Source: Eutreptiella sp. 'Long Island Sound 2002' (lineage: Eukaryota > Protista > Euglenida). From it: DNA of 64,000 bases. The notes under the pieces are model-generated. The model was not told the DNA's origin. It made no database searches and saw only the letters and a program-made list of their open reading frames with translations. Both the position numbers and the translations under genes were made by a program. Positions 35,470 to 47,860 of the stretch are shown one piece after another (position 1 is the first letter of the stretch; every line of letters starts with the position of its first letter). The stretch covers positions 175,398,001 to 175,462,000 of the forward strand of contig OZ038378.1 of the NCBI GenBank assembly GCA_964036045.1, read 5' to 3'.

Positions 35470-35790
35470 TGACCAATACTGTCCCAGACAAGGGTATCGG
35501 TCGTCCCAGATGCCCTCGTAATGTCCCAGGACTTTAGATTCTGGACAAGTCTAGTAATGTTCCAAATTGCCTCGGGGGGGGGACAAAAACCGGGCGCGAA
35601 GCGCAAGGAAGAAATTTTTTCCAACAAAAAAACAACACCCAGGTCAACACGGGGGGAGAGAGAAACCGTTTTCGACAAAAAAGTTTGTCTATGTGCCGGA
35701 CAAAATTCTCTTAATGTCCCAAATGGGTGGCCGCGGGGTCTTGTCATGTCCCGGTTGGCTTGCTTTCGGCTAGGACATTATTGGACAGTT
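35470..35790. repeat. Cluster of TGTCC/GGACA motifs (possible DNA-transposon subterminal repeats)
   Basis: Many tgtccc/ggaca words; similar words recur at ~37540-37600 and ~38015. Confidence 0.35.
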
Positions 35791-38700
35791 TTACCGTATA
35801 TGTTGTGGTGTGCCCTTTGTTTGATACGGCAAAGCAATTCGTAAATTCTCCGTGAAATTGTGGAGGTCTTGCTCGAAAACATCAGCGATGTTATTTACCA
35901 ACGACAATAGCCCCAAAGTCTGAAAAATGCAAAAACGCAATCCAGCAAGGACCATCCATCATCAATCCCGACTGTTGCGGGTGTCATGCGCGTTTTTTTA
36001 CGTGGTGTTGTTGTCTAGGGTTGTCGACGATCCCGAAGATGAAAACTCGCAAGTGAGTTGTGTGTTTGAGCGAACCGTAATATGCAAGGATGGGAAGCAA
36101 ACCGGTGCGAGAGCGGCACCATGTCGTTTTTGGTTCGACGATTAGAAGCTTATCACGAGCTGATCAGTTTGCCACTGACGGTATGGTTGTCGTATCGGTC
36201 GTATCGACGTCAACCAAGGCGTCACCTCCTTACTTTGCACCTCGATGTCGTCTTTGTAGGTCCCCAAATGTCCACCGAAGAGCTTCGTGGGCATCAAGAG
36301 AATGAAATGAAACGTTTGAGTAAACCACGTCCCATTGCCGGGAGGCCGGACGGCAGTGTGCTGCACCACTTTTTAAAGAACGTGTGTTGCGTGCGTGTGA
36401 GGGTAGCGGGTGGAGCCGCATACACACGGGTGGGGGGGGGGGCTTGTGCCCTTTCAAGCAATGACAATGGGTCGGTTGCATTCGTCCAACAATCTTCACG
36501 GCACGGATCCCTTGATATGTGCACCCACAAGCTTTTCAATTCGGTTATGACGTCGTCGTGTTCTTAGATTTGTTTGCGCCATTTGAGGAATTGGGACCAT
36601 CGAGGTTTTTCGACTCTCGCTACTTCGCACTCATCCCCTCATTGTTGTTTGCAGAAAAACATGCACAATAAGGCTGAAATGGACGCGCTTTTCGGGCCAC
36701 TCAATTGGTTGTATGCCTCCATGCAAATGTCCAAGGTTTGTGCTAGGGATTGCAAGTGTTCGCATTTTGTGTGTTTGTCAAGTTGCATGCGGCTTGTCGC
36801 GTTGCCCGAGACGAGGGGAATCGGCATAGCAAGTAGACGGTCATCCACCATCCTTTGACTCACCACATGTTTGAAACGGGAAAGGGTAAATGTGGTTGAA
36901 GATAACTCGGCACCCGCTTGTGTTCGCCGAACTTAGATCCGATTCGCATGATCGATTCGAAATCTCTTTCGACAAGTTCCCAGTGTTGCATGTTCACGAA
37001 GAGACGCACCTTTTCCGAAAAACTTACCTTCATAGAAGATTTCACGAGGTTCCAGAGGTTACTAGATTGGACGTGAATTTCCCATGGAAGCAAACTCGAA
37101 AAGGAAATGTAGAAAGTATCTATGTTGCACAGCACAATACCCCAACGCCACCAAAGTACCCAATGACTTCGCATACCCGTTTCTCGGGGAGGGATGTTTG
37201 TAGCCATCGTTTCCGGGAAAAATTTCCGTGTCCCCATGTCCGAGGCCGTAGACGGTCGAGCACTTGACTTGCATCCTTGTTTTTGTCCAACTAGCTCCCT
37301 CAAGTTGCACACTTTTGGGCACATGGTTATTTAATGAGCCCACGATGGGTAGTTGAAGGTATATACCGTGTCGGGACCCCTTTGGCAGACCACTTGTGCG
37401 GGACGGGCACTTATCCCAGGCGGGGGTATCAGCTACCACACATCAATGAATGAACTTAGTGCGAGGATTCTTGTCAACATCATGGATCGTGTGGTGAGTG
37501 TGTGCTCGGAAGATGGGAAGATGGCCAAGAAATTAAATTCGAACATGCCCGGATGCCCAAAGTGTACGACGGGATATGTCCCGGGACATTTGGAGGGTGA
37601 TGTCTTGCGGCGCGCTAGTTGAGGTTTCACTGTCCGCACAAGCCAACCGACAACAACGAAACGAATCCGCAACAACGACCGGGATCCTTAGAAACTTTGC
37701 ATGGGTACTCGATCACACTTGGTCGTATGCGCACAACTTCGGCATTTGCATCGGCTCAAAGGTCCATGAAATCTCAATCTACAGGGGATGAGCGTTCGAA
37801 TTTGTTTTGTTGCTCAACCGTGTTATGGGCTCTTCTTGCAATCACTTATTTTTAGGACGAAGTAAATTTACCTCCGACGCTAAGCAGTAGCCGGATCCCC
37901 GCGCAATCTAGCCTGTGCTACAAAAAGGCAGTACGCATCATCGATCGTTTGATGAAGCAGAATGGGATTCCAGCGACCGATATGAAAAAGCGGAAAGGTG
38001 ATTTGGCACAATATTGTCCGGACATACGTGTTACCAGGGCCTACGCTCCGGTCACGTGGTTTGCCTGTGCCATTGTGCAAATTGATGAGGTCGGGCTCGC
38101 TGTTGTCATGGCCTTTGTGGATGGCATTAGGGCATCACAAAACGCTTAGGTGTCACCAACCCCTCCAAGGCATTTTGAAGGCACTAGGTTCCTTTGGGGC
38201 ACTATGATTGGCAATCTTGGCAAGGATAAGGACGCTTCTTTTGGGTAAGTAACAGAACAATTGTAAGTGTGTTTTAGCTCTTTTTCGGGGGAACGATGAG
38301 AACCAAAGCCAACACGAACGAAGTGAATGAGCCGGCGCCAAGAAACCGCGCCACCAATGAGCGTCGGTAGCTGTGAAAGAAGACGCAATGTGTTAAGTTT
38401 TGCGTTTGTATATTTTTGCCCCTTGGGGTGGCTCCGTTGAGGTGGCTTTTGGGTGGTCAAAAAATTTGACCCCGGGCACTTGGGCAACAGGGAGGTTGGT
38501 GCGTTGCATAAGCGAGAAGCGTTCTACACGCGGCCATTTTCAAGAAAGTGCACCCGACGATGTGGTGTGTTTCTTGACACAAACAGTAGCACGCGTGCCT
38601 CAAGTCCGATATTTGTCAAGTCACCACCGGTGGAAAATGTGCACACCAACCCGGCTATTTGCTCCACGTGGACCATGAAAATGAGATGCGGGTCGCACCT

Positions 38701-38856
38701 CAATCCCCATCCTTGCTAGCGGGACCCATCGCATAGTGCCCTCAACAGCGAAAGGACCCCTGAGGAGCGTGAAGTTTCAGCATTGTATACGGCGATTCCC
38801 GCCGTTCTCTGGTATGTGGATGCATATCTCACCACTTGGTCACATGGATCAAATTA

Positions 38857-40288
38857 AAAGACGCTGGACTTCTGCTCATTGGATCAAGATATCGCATGAA
38901 AATCTACATAACTTCTTTTGGGGGAAAACATGTGACTCTGAGTCGGGCTGCACTATTGGTCGCTTAATGATTTTGGATGATGGTTATATGAATGCAGGAG
39001 CTTCTAACCTTGTTGCCAGTTCAGACGCTCTTGACGGCTGCCGGCACTCGAGGACAAAGGAATATTCTTGAAAAATTGGTGTTGGTGTCCAGAGGTTGGG
39101 CCACAAATGTGGCTCCAATGGACGAACAGCAATTCTCCATCCATTGCTCTCGCAGCTCAATTGCGAATTAGCGGTACCTTCGCACTATTGTTTGACATCA
39201 TGACGACACGGCGAGTCATCATGTCTGGAGAGCCCCACAAAGTGGCCACGGAGCTGTACAGGTAAGCCTACATAGACTCCTACACCCATTCCCGGACCCA
39301 TCGACGACCCACGTTGCCTCTTCACAGGTAGATGATCGCATTGACGATCCTTGGCTGTCACACCTCATTTTTGTAACATATCTATTTCGTTCTCGTCTTG
39401 CAACAGCAGAGTGCTATCAACTTGCCGATAATATCCCAGGCGCAGCAGCAATTCATTTGGCAGTTGCTTAAATCCACATCTTTGGTATCATTTCGAATTT
39501 CAATGGCTCATACTGTTCCATTTGTGGCGCGGAGGATTGACGTGCCAGCCCCTAGCACGACACTGCATCTGTGCTTTGCTACCTCGCGTAATGCACATCC
39601 GTTTTTCCGTGAGGCTCTGCCTGCTCGATCTCTGCTTTATTCCTCCTGCTGTTACTCACCTCCCAGCGTTATGGCTGGGCTCTGCTTGGAGCGCGCAGCA
39701 TGTTGCACCTCAAGTCGAGCTTGTAACCAGCAACTCTTCTAGAAATCAATTTTTTTTTTGGCTTGATCATGAGAGAAAGTAATCTGTGCTCGCTTCGTAA
39801 GGGTTTCAACAGCAACAACTCCCCTCTATCAATGACGGGCACAGTCACCAACCGCAACGAGCAGGCTTGCGTCGCCGCGCACTGCAACCGGCGTTGTCAT
39901 TTGGTTGCCTTGCGGATGGTCACCAATGCCGTCGCTTGACCACCCAACGTCGTTCGCTCTTCACCGACTGGGTGTTAGCTGTTCCGAAGGTGACACAATG
40001 AGTAACGCCTGAAATGATCTTTGTATTGCAGATTGGGCCCCTCGGTGCCAGCTGGTGGTGAAATGATGACGATAGACGGTTTACCTGAATGGTCAAGCAA
40101 TGGTTGCGTGTTCCTGTCGGCAGTTGCAATGCGTTCCGCCGCTAAAAATAAACGCGGTGCCGCACTGCGTGGTGCACCCCTCTCATGTGCAGCGAGGCAG
40201 TCATTGTCCCTGTGTAACAGGTACATGGGAAACAAATACCACAACGTGAAATTCACTTTTGTTGGCATCACCGACAATGGCTCCAAAC
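38857..40288 (-). pseudogene. Highly degenerate hAT-family transposase relic
   Basis: Collinear broken motifs on the minus strand: BED-finger-like VWSH...RCGIC...YTGT..SLHMRGVH (40288-40172), VTVPVIDRGELLL, RHKWNSM (~39520), dimerisation-like FP..LCRFSCDILI..AEVQRL (38927-38857). Many stops and frameshifts. Confidence 0.45.
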
Positions 40289-41656
40289 GGGTATGCGGGA
40301 TATTTCTGTGCGCAGTTTGCCTATTCAACAGAAATTTGGGCGATGCATTGCGTTTTGGGCTGTGGTGGATTGTGTATTTGATTTCGGAGGTTGCTGGTCT
40401 TCAAACGCACACAGTCCGAATCTTTTTCCCATCCATAAAAGGTTTTCAACCACGTACGCTGAGGTCCTGGCTCTCTTCGTTGCTGCTGTGGCAACCCTGT
40501 TGCTTCGCCTGCACGGCGCCCGCAGTCGTGCAGCCACTACCCTAATGCGCCACCGGGGGTCCGCGGTAATTGTGCAGGTGCCAACCGACCGATAATCGAC
40601 GGAGGGCCAACCCACCGGCCCACCGGCCGACCATCGACCGGATCTTGGACGGCAGTCGCGTCCAACCCATGCTCCAGCTCTGGACCCCTGCTGGGCCCTG
40701 TGCAACCACCTACCCGTGTGGGGCATTCCAGTGAACACGTTGCTTGTTCTGAGGCTGACGATCGCTTTTAACGATTTTCATTTCTGCATGACACGGCCCC
40801 TTGCTTTCATATTTCATTTTCATATCTGTTTTGTTCTCGCTTGGCAGCTGAAGGGTCTTTCCTCTTGGCGATACCCTTGCACCTGATCCTGAATGCGGCC
40901 GAAAGTGCTGATGGCAGGGCCATGGGCGTGTCCAACCGGAAACTACGTGTCGGGAAAAAACGATGAATGATTTTCTGAACGAAAAAAGCACCAGTGGTTT
41001 TACTGCAGAAGTGATTTTTCAACATCTGATTGCATTTTCTGCATTACAGTCAACGCTCTGCGCCGTCTGTGAGTGGTAGGCGTCCATGTGTATGAGGGCA
41101 TGGGAGGGATGTGGAAATGGATGCGTAGATGCAAGTTCTGCTTTTGGAGGACATCCCCCAAAATCCGCAAGTCATGCGAAGTACACTTGCATAAAACTTG
41201 CCTCGTACGACAGCATGCGGCCCCCCAGCAATGCAAGCCTGCCAAGGGGTTCGGACCGTGCTGTTGGCAGGGCAGAAATGTGTGTGCGCGGGTGTGTGCC
41301 TGGGTGTGTGGATGGGTGTGGCAGTGCATCTGTGCCTGGGTGAGGAGTGGCTGTGTGTCTGGGGATGTGTGCCTGGATGTGTGATGCGTGTGTGCCTGGG
41401 GGTGTGATGGCGTTGTGGGTAGGTGAGTGGACGGCTGGGGCGTATGGATGCGCAGCCCAAGGGACGTATTAGAGTAACCTTCCGAAGGCCGGTACGACCA
41501 CCTTCCGCCGTTCTGATTTTGCACACCCACACAGTGCAGAAATGCACAGAGGCTAGAATACGCTCTGGATAGACGCGAACATGGACAGTGTTACAATTCT
41601 GGGATATGCACAAACGCCAAATCTGCACCTGTGCACCTTTGCTGCACCATAGCAGC

Positions 41657-42841
41657 ATGGATTTCAGCATCGTTGGAGGTCCGATGCTTGGTGTTTTGGA
41701 GCAATCTCCAGACGTGTTCGTCCCACGTGTATGATCGAGATGCAGTACTTTTGCAAAAGGCATCAATGTCTGTTCGCTGCATTGTGGTCCATTTGACGAC
41801 TTTACTCCTTGGAAGATTTTCTCAAAATGGTGATTTCGCGTCATAAAGGCGAAAGCAGAGACGGGTTAGGATGAGAGCTATTTCGGGGGGTGAGGGCTGG
41901 TGAGGCTGTTGAGGGTTGTAGCCCCCTTCCCAAACCCCTGTCACCACCTTTTGGGCCCGTCGACCTTGGAGCTTCTGAAGAGGGGAGAGGGTCCGGAAGG
42001 GGGGCCCACACAGTGGTGGGGGGCTTGCGCCCCACGCGCAGGCCAACATGCTGGGGAGGCACATGGCAGACCACCAGGACGCCGGATGAAGGGGCAGAAG
42101 TGTTGCGCCGCACACACACGGAAACGCGGCGAGGCATGTGGTGGAAAACCTGAGTGCGGAGGGGAGTGGGCAGCAAAAAGCCGTAAAACGACACCCACCC
42201 CCGGCCCCACACCGACCACCACACCAACCAGCACAACCCCGGTGTGCCAACTACTGGGCTCCTCTGACGCGGAAACTGGCAAAAAACGACCCCCGCAGCA
42301 ACCGACAGACCGCAGCAACCCAACGCAGCATGCGAAGGGAAGAACGGGTGACTGTCCAGGGCCCCGTATAGAAACAGCAACCCGACGGAATGTCACACAG
42401 GGGGGCGGACTCAACAGCCCCGACTCCCTGCAAATCCTTTTCCACCCACCCCAATGTGTACCGCTTTTGTTGTACCCAGGTGGCGCGTGATATCTTCTGT
42501 AAGGATAAGATACAAACTGCCGCAGAGGACGCATACGAAAAGTATATCATCAAATCCAGTTTGGAGGTATGCCGCGTGCCGAGCACACCTATGGCCCACA
42601 CACACGCTGGACAGACATCGAGGCCGCCTCTTTAGAGTCTTGTTGTTGTTGGGCCTGTGCTTGGTGCGGGGATTTGCTGTTGTTGGTGCAAGTCCCTATT
42701 GGAAATCAGAGGACTGCTTTCCGATGGCACAGGTCGTGGATGACAATCACATGTACATTGTGTACCCTGAGAACGATTCATACGTCGATGACATTATTCG
42801 CATGGGCATCCGGAGGATGCACGAGGAGGAAGAGCACCGGC
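41657..42841 (+). CDS. Unrecognised multi-exon gene, probable first three exons
   Basis: Phase-consistent GT-AG exons 41657-41728, 42480-42566, 42733-42841 give MDFSIVGGPMLGVLEQSPDVFVPR-VARDIFCKDKIQTAAEDAYEKYIIKSSLE-VVDDNHMYIVYPENDSYVDDIIRMGIRRMHEEEEHR. Confidence 0.55.
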
Positions 42842-42917
42842 GTGAGAGGTTTGTACTCACGCCGCCCACTGCAGATGCCTGTCACACCTCAAGTCTCAGT
42901 CACCTCCTGCTCCACCC

Positions 42918-43330
42918 CCTCCAACCCCTGGGGCTGGGCACCTTGACGTGGTGTGGAGGCATGGTGGGGTCTCCCCGCGCGAACAGACCGGAACAGGGGG
43001 GCAGACTTGCTGCCGCGGCTCAGCACTGCCCTGAAGATCTTTTGCCAATTCACGCACGGTAGGCCACCCGCCACGCCGTGATGCTGGGCGCTAGAGTGAT
43101 CGGGCCGTGGGCGCGGGGGCTCTCTCCATGTGCCGGGGATTGGCGGTGGATAGCCCGTGTCCACCTCTGCTCAGCAGGCGGGTACGCTGTCGCCACTCCC
43201 AACCATCTGTGCTTTGCACGCTTTGCTCTCGTGTATCTACAAGCGGATGGTGAGGCTGGCATCCCGTGAACACACATCCGGTGGGGACCCGCTTTGGCAC
43301 ACCATCTACGCTTTGCACGCTTAGTCTCCG
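42918..43330 (+). mobile_element. Short retroposon-like repeat, copy 2, with an HDV-like/ingi-signature-like head
   Basis: Homologous to 18471-18900; lies in the intron after exon 42733-42841. Confidence 0.65.
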
Positions 43331-43755
43331 CCTGCTCCCTTTTTGCTCATCTGTGCTCTATTACCCAGCCGTCTGCCCGGCTTGGTCTGCTTCTCCGGGT
43401 GGTGGGGTGTCCTCCTATCAACACCTATCCAGTGGGAGCCGCTTTGGTACACAACCTGTGCCTTGGCGTTTTGCTCGCGCTGTGCTTTCGTTTTGCACGT
43501 CCCTTGCTGTCCCCAAGGTCATGGGATACCTACCATGTGTCCAACGATAAGACATGTCGCCTGGTGGACGCCTTGGTGGGCGAGGGCCTCTATGCGCCTG
43601 CTTGACCTGGGTTCCTAGCACCGGTTTGGGTCTGTCGCTGAGGTATCTCCGGTTCAGCAGGGGCGTTGGTTTGGAGACTAGGCCAAGCCCAATTCATCCT
43701 ATGCCCGGGATGAACATGGATAGTCTAGTCTATGATCTTGCATCTTTGTCCGTGT

Positions 43756-43859
43756 GTGTGGTCGAGACACGGGGACTGGGCACCCTTTCCGGGCTATCAT
43801 GGCTGGCACGGGGCCTGCGCCGATCGCTGGCAGCTCCTCCTCCTCCTCCCCCCCCCCCC
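43756..43859 (+). mobile_element. (CCT)n-tailed retroposon 3' end, copy 2
   Basis: Same module as 19437 and 59435. Confidence 0.8.
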
Positions 43860-44919
43860 ATACGGAATGACCCCACCCTCGCGGACGAGCGTTTCGTTGC
43901 GCAGAGGCACGTCTAGAGACTGGCTTGGCATGTGGTGGGAAACCGCCGATGGTTGGGCGTCAACTGATGGGGTCAGGTATTCTGCCCGCAGGTGACTAAC
44001 TGTAACGGGAAACGCGTTTCTGAAGGTTTTGGGAACATCACGATATGTCATACGTGCCGGGGCGTCGGTATTTCGGGCCATGAGTCTCATGGCAGAGGAT
44101 CACTTGCCGACACGCTGGCGTACGGCCAGGGGCGTTTCCAACCATCGGTTTTTCACTGGGTTTCGAACTTATGACCTCTGGATCGGCTTTCGGGGACAGC
44201 GCTTTTGTTGGGGAGCCCTTCCCCCCCCTTTTTCTAACTGACCTTACAGACGGCGCTCTGGGCCGGCAGTTGACAGCCGACTTTGGTCGCCAACCGCCAC
44301 CTTCCTACAATGAATGGCCAAAATTTGTTCATTAAGCACCGATTGCTTGCCAGATGCTGCCATTTGTCAGGTAGTGGTAAGTGGTGTTCATTACTGGCCA
44401 ACATTGTCGATTGGCGCGGCGCCGTCAGTTGGCTACTGCACCCCGTGTCATTTTCGCGATGCGTGCGGGAAGATTTTTTTATATTACCCCTTCAGTACGG
44501 ACGGTCCTGTTCGGGGCTGTCAGGGCCTTTGGCTGTACTCCCAACTCCGGTCGAGTCGTCATGCTCTAGCCATCCTGGGACAGTGGCTCCCGGGTTGTCT
44601 GCAACTGACAACCTCAGGCCTAGATGCCTCCGCCCCCCCCCCCCACCCCCCCGCTGGCTCTCTTTCCGCAACACACACACACACACAATGAACCCCCCAC
44701 TTTTGGCTCTGGGTCTCGATGATCCTGGGACCTTCCCAGTGTCCAGCACGAGGTTGTAGTGTGATGATGATCGTGCCAGTGCTCGGACTCCGCACGGAGT
44801 TTCTCATAGGAGAGCAGCAGAACCAGGTCACTTCCAGCCACTCTTGTACTTGATGGCGGCTATTCATGCTGGACGAGATTTATTGATGCGATCTGCGAAT
44901 TCAATCCCCCGTGTTGCAG

Positions 44920-45018
44920 GTATTCTACACCGAAATTTGTGCCTCCTCCAGCGCCTGATTGGTTGCAGAAAGCCATGGAGGAGCAAAAGGCTCTTGATCT
45001 GGCTGCCGAAATGTCCAA
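44920..45018 (+). CDS. Candidate internal exon of the unrecognised gene
   Basis: gtgttgcag acceptor and gtatgt donor flank YSTPKFVPPPAPDWLQKAMEEQKALDLAAEMSK. The phase does not link directly to exon 42733-42841, so an intervening exon is needed. Confidence 0.4.
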
Positions 45019-45456
45019 GTATGTACATCTTTATCCTCAGGGCCTTCTGGGCGCCGATGTGCATTTGTGCATTGGGAAGGCCTCGACCAAGGCTTGTGGT
45101 TCGCAGCCACGTTCCCTCTGTTGATCACAAAGTAGCGTTCTGATATGGATTTTCAGCAGATGAGATGCTTCTATTCGCTTCGACAGGCGAGCCTCGGAAT
45201 TGAGGGTGGCATAGATATGGGACCAAATACGAATGCTCGTCGCTGGCAGGGCTCATGTGATAGAATTTGTGCACCCCATTCCCTTGTCTATTCGGGGCTG
45301 GGGACTTTTGGCTGTGTCATTATTCTGATTTATTTATTTATTAATGCCGCGAGCACCGCCTTATCTATGTGTGTGTGGTATGCAAGGGGGAAAGGCAGCC
45401 TGTTTGGCTCACCTCACCTCAGCCTGCGCGGCACTGTTCTCTCATTTCCCCTCTCC

Positions 45457-45460
<4 letters not shown>

Positions 45461-45494
<34 letters not shown>
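45461..45494. repeat. (CT)n microsatellite
   Basis: Read directly. Confidence 0.95.
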
Positions 45495-45497
<3 letters not shown>

Positions 45498-45689
45498 CGC
45501 GCGTGTGTGCTTCTCCAGCAAACCAATGCGGGAATCCTGAGATCAGTCATGCTCATTTTCTTTGCAAATGCAGATGTAGAGAGTTGCATGGGCTGTGGCT
45601 TTGGGCTATGGTGGTGCCTTCGGTCCGGGTTGTGCAACACCTTCTGCTGGTGCAGGTGCCTCTGTGAGCCGTCTTTGCGCCCCTATACA

Positions 45690-45990
45690 CCCTCTGTACG
45701 CCATCCATGCGCCCCCTCCCCTCCCACTGTGCGCGGTCTCTGCACTCGTTATGCGCCTTCGATGCGCCCACTGTGTGCCCACTGTGCACTCACGATGCAG
45801 CCCTCGATGCGCTCACTACTGCACACTACATGGTCACTGCGCCCGCTATGCGCCCACTATGCGCGCTCTATGCACCCACTACACTCCCACTATGTGCCCT
45901 CAATGCGTGCACTATGCGTCCAGTATCACCCGCTGTGCCTCCACGACGCGCCCACTGTGCGCCCTCTAAGCGCCCGCTATGCGCCTGCTA
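45690..45990. repeat. Degenerate tgcgcccac(t/a)-type short tandem repeat
   Basis: Repeated atgcgccc/actgtgcgc words. Confidence 0.7.
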
Positions 45991-47289
45991 TACATCAAAG
46001 CAAAAACCCGAAGTATCGCTAGTGTTGGCTGTTTCGCCTCGCCTGGTGTACTGTAAATCATGCACAATTGCTCCCATGTCCAGAATCCCGCCACTTGAAC
46101 TCAGCAGCATGAGGCTGTTCACCAGGGCTGTCAGGGCCCCGCTCACACTCCCGACATCCCTTTCCCAGGCAATGTCACAAAAAGCAACATGGGCCGCACG
46201 CATCATCTTTTCCAAACGATACGAAGTACAAAATGGAACCACACAATATAACAATATAACAAGATAACACGGCACCCTTCATGTTATTCCGGGGGCGTTC
46301 AGAGAACAGGCCCTGCCACGCGGACGGCACATTTGCATCTCCTAGAGACTGGCAGATGTCACGATGTAGGCAGGGTCGCATGAGGGGCCTTCGGTTCGGC
46401 ATTGTGCCATTTGCTGCGGGGGCATTCCAATGCGCCAGAGTACGTGAGGAGGGTTGCAGGGATGCAGGGGAAGTGGGATGGAGTGAGGAGGAGTGCAGGG
46501 CACGAGCGAGAAGGCGGAATGGAGGGACGTTGATCTCTTGGCGCTTTGCAGAACCCCCGAGCCCCGATGTGGGTCATGCAACATCACCGTCCAGACCGCC
46601 CCGTCGCCCCTGCGAACCCCCACGCCCAAGCCCAGGGCCAAGCGCGCCCCCCGGCCCGCTCCAACGCCCATCAGCAGACGCGAACAAGCCCGGCTTGGCC
46701 GACCAAGAGCGTCGCAGGCCCCATCACGTCCCGGAATGGCGGCGGTGAAGGTGCGGTTGTGTGCGTCGCGTGCGCTGTTGGGAAGGGGCACGGGTACGAG
46801 TGCGTTGCCTTTCCGTTCGGACCCACAAAGGCACAACAGCGGACGATCCATTTTTTTTTTTACAACAAATGGCTCAAAAGCGCTTGGGATGCGGCAAGTT
46901 GTCATGGAGGTCATGGGCTTTTCGATACCTTGGGCCCAAGAGTACACAAGCCCCTGCCCGCCCACGGAAAAGCAGACCGTACCACCCGCACCGGGAGCGA
47001 CCCGCGCGCTGCACCGCGCGGCATCCACTGCCAGCGACGTGGAGGGTGTCCTCCACAGAAATCACGTGGAAGAAAGTAATTAGATCATGGGCGCCATGCC
47101 TCGAAAACCCTAACAAGAGGTGTTGCGTGGCATGCCCCAAGGAACCCTTTGTAAAACCATCGAAATAACAATTTCTCAAGGAAGTTTTCGACTCTGATTC
47201 TTCAGACCCTCCCCCCCATTTAGCCGGTTGCCGGGGTCAGCGGCATTTTTGACACCCCCCCCCCTTTCCACCTTGAAATCACGAATTTT

Positions 47290-47860
47290 CCTTTGAATTT
47301 TTCGATTTTGAATCGAAAAAAATTTTCCGGGTCCCAAGTCTGTGGGGCCGTGTTGGATGGGCGCAGTTTTTGGTCATTTTTGTAGAGATCAGCGCCGAAT
47401 GCGTCTTGGCGGCCTCACCCTGTGGTGCCCAATGGATGGGCATGGGGATGTGGTGATAGAGCACCCGTGATAGCCCTCAAACGGACAGATTTTGGGGCCC
47501 CGATCCCTGCCTCGGGCCAGCCATGAAAATGCGGTCAAAACTGCTTCAGGCGTTTTCATCCTTGACAGCTCAACAATGGAATGTTGACCACTGCCTTTTT
47601 TGGACATTGCGACCAACTGCACTGACCAAAAAACAGTCGTCAAGCATGTTTCACACCCGTTCTACGTGTTTTTCATCAATGGCCAAACAGGGTGAGAAAC
47701 GCGCAAAGAGGGTTTACATCATGCTTTTTATGGGACATTGGATCAGTGTGGGTGGCCACAATATCAAAAAAATTCAGTTGTGGAAATTTCAAGCTCTCGA
47801 GCATGAAAACTGCATCAGCAGTTTGTGCACTTGCCCTGTATCCCCCCCCCCCCCCCCAGG
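47290..47860. mobile_element. Foldback-like element with two diverged satellite monomers head-to-head
   Basis: 47523-47685 matches the satellite monomer in reverse, 47689-47858 matches it forward, and 47290-47460 matches the satellite-flanking block 22290-22500 in reverse. Confidence 0.6.

Noticed and set aside
38035-40700. Complete hAT element bounded by CAGGGCC TIRs
   Set aside because: Only 7 bp of the TIRs match, and the 8-bp flanks (cgtgttac vs tgcaacca) differ
45019-45040. 22-nt GT-AG micro-intron
   Set aside because: Far shorter than the other introns here (86 bp or more); the donor more likely pairs with a distant acceptor
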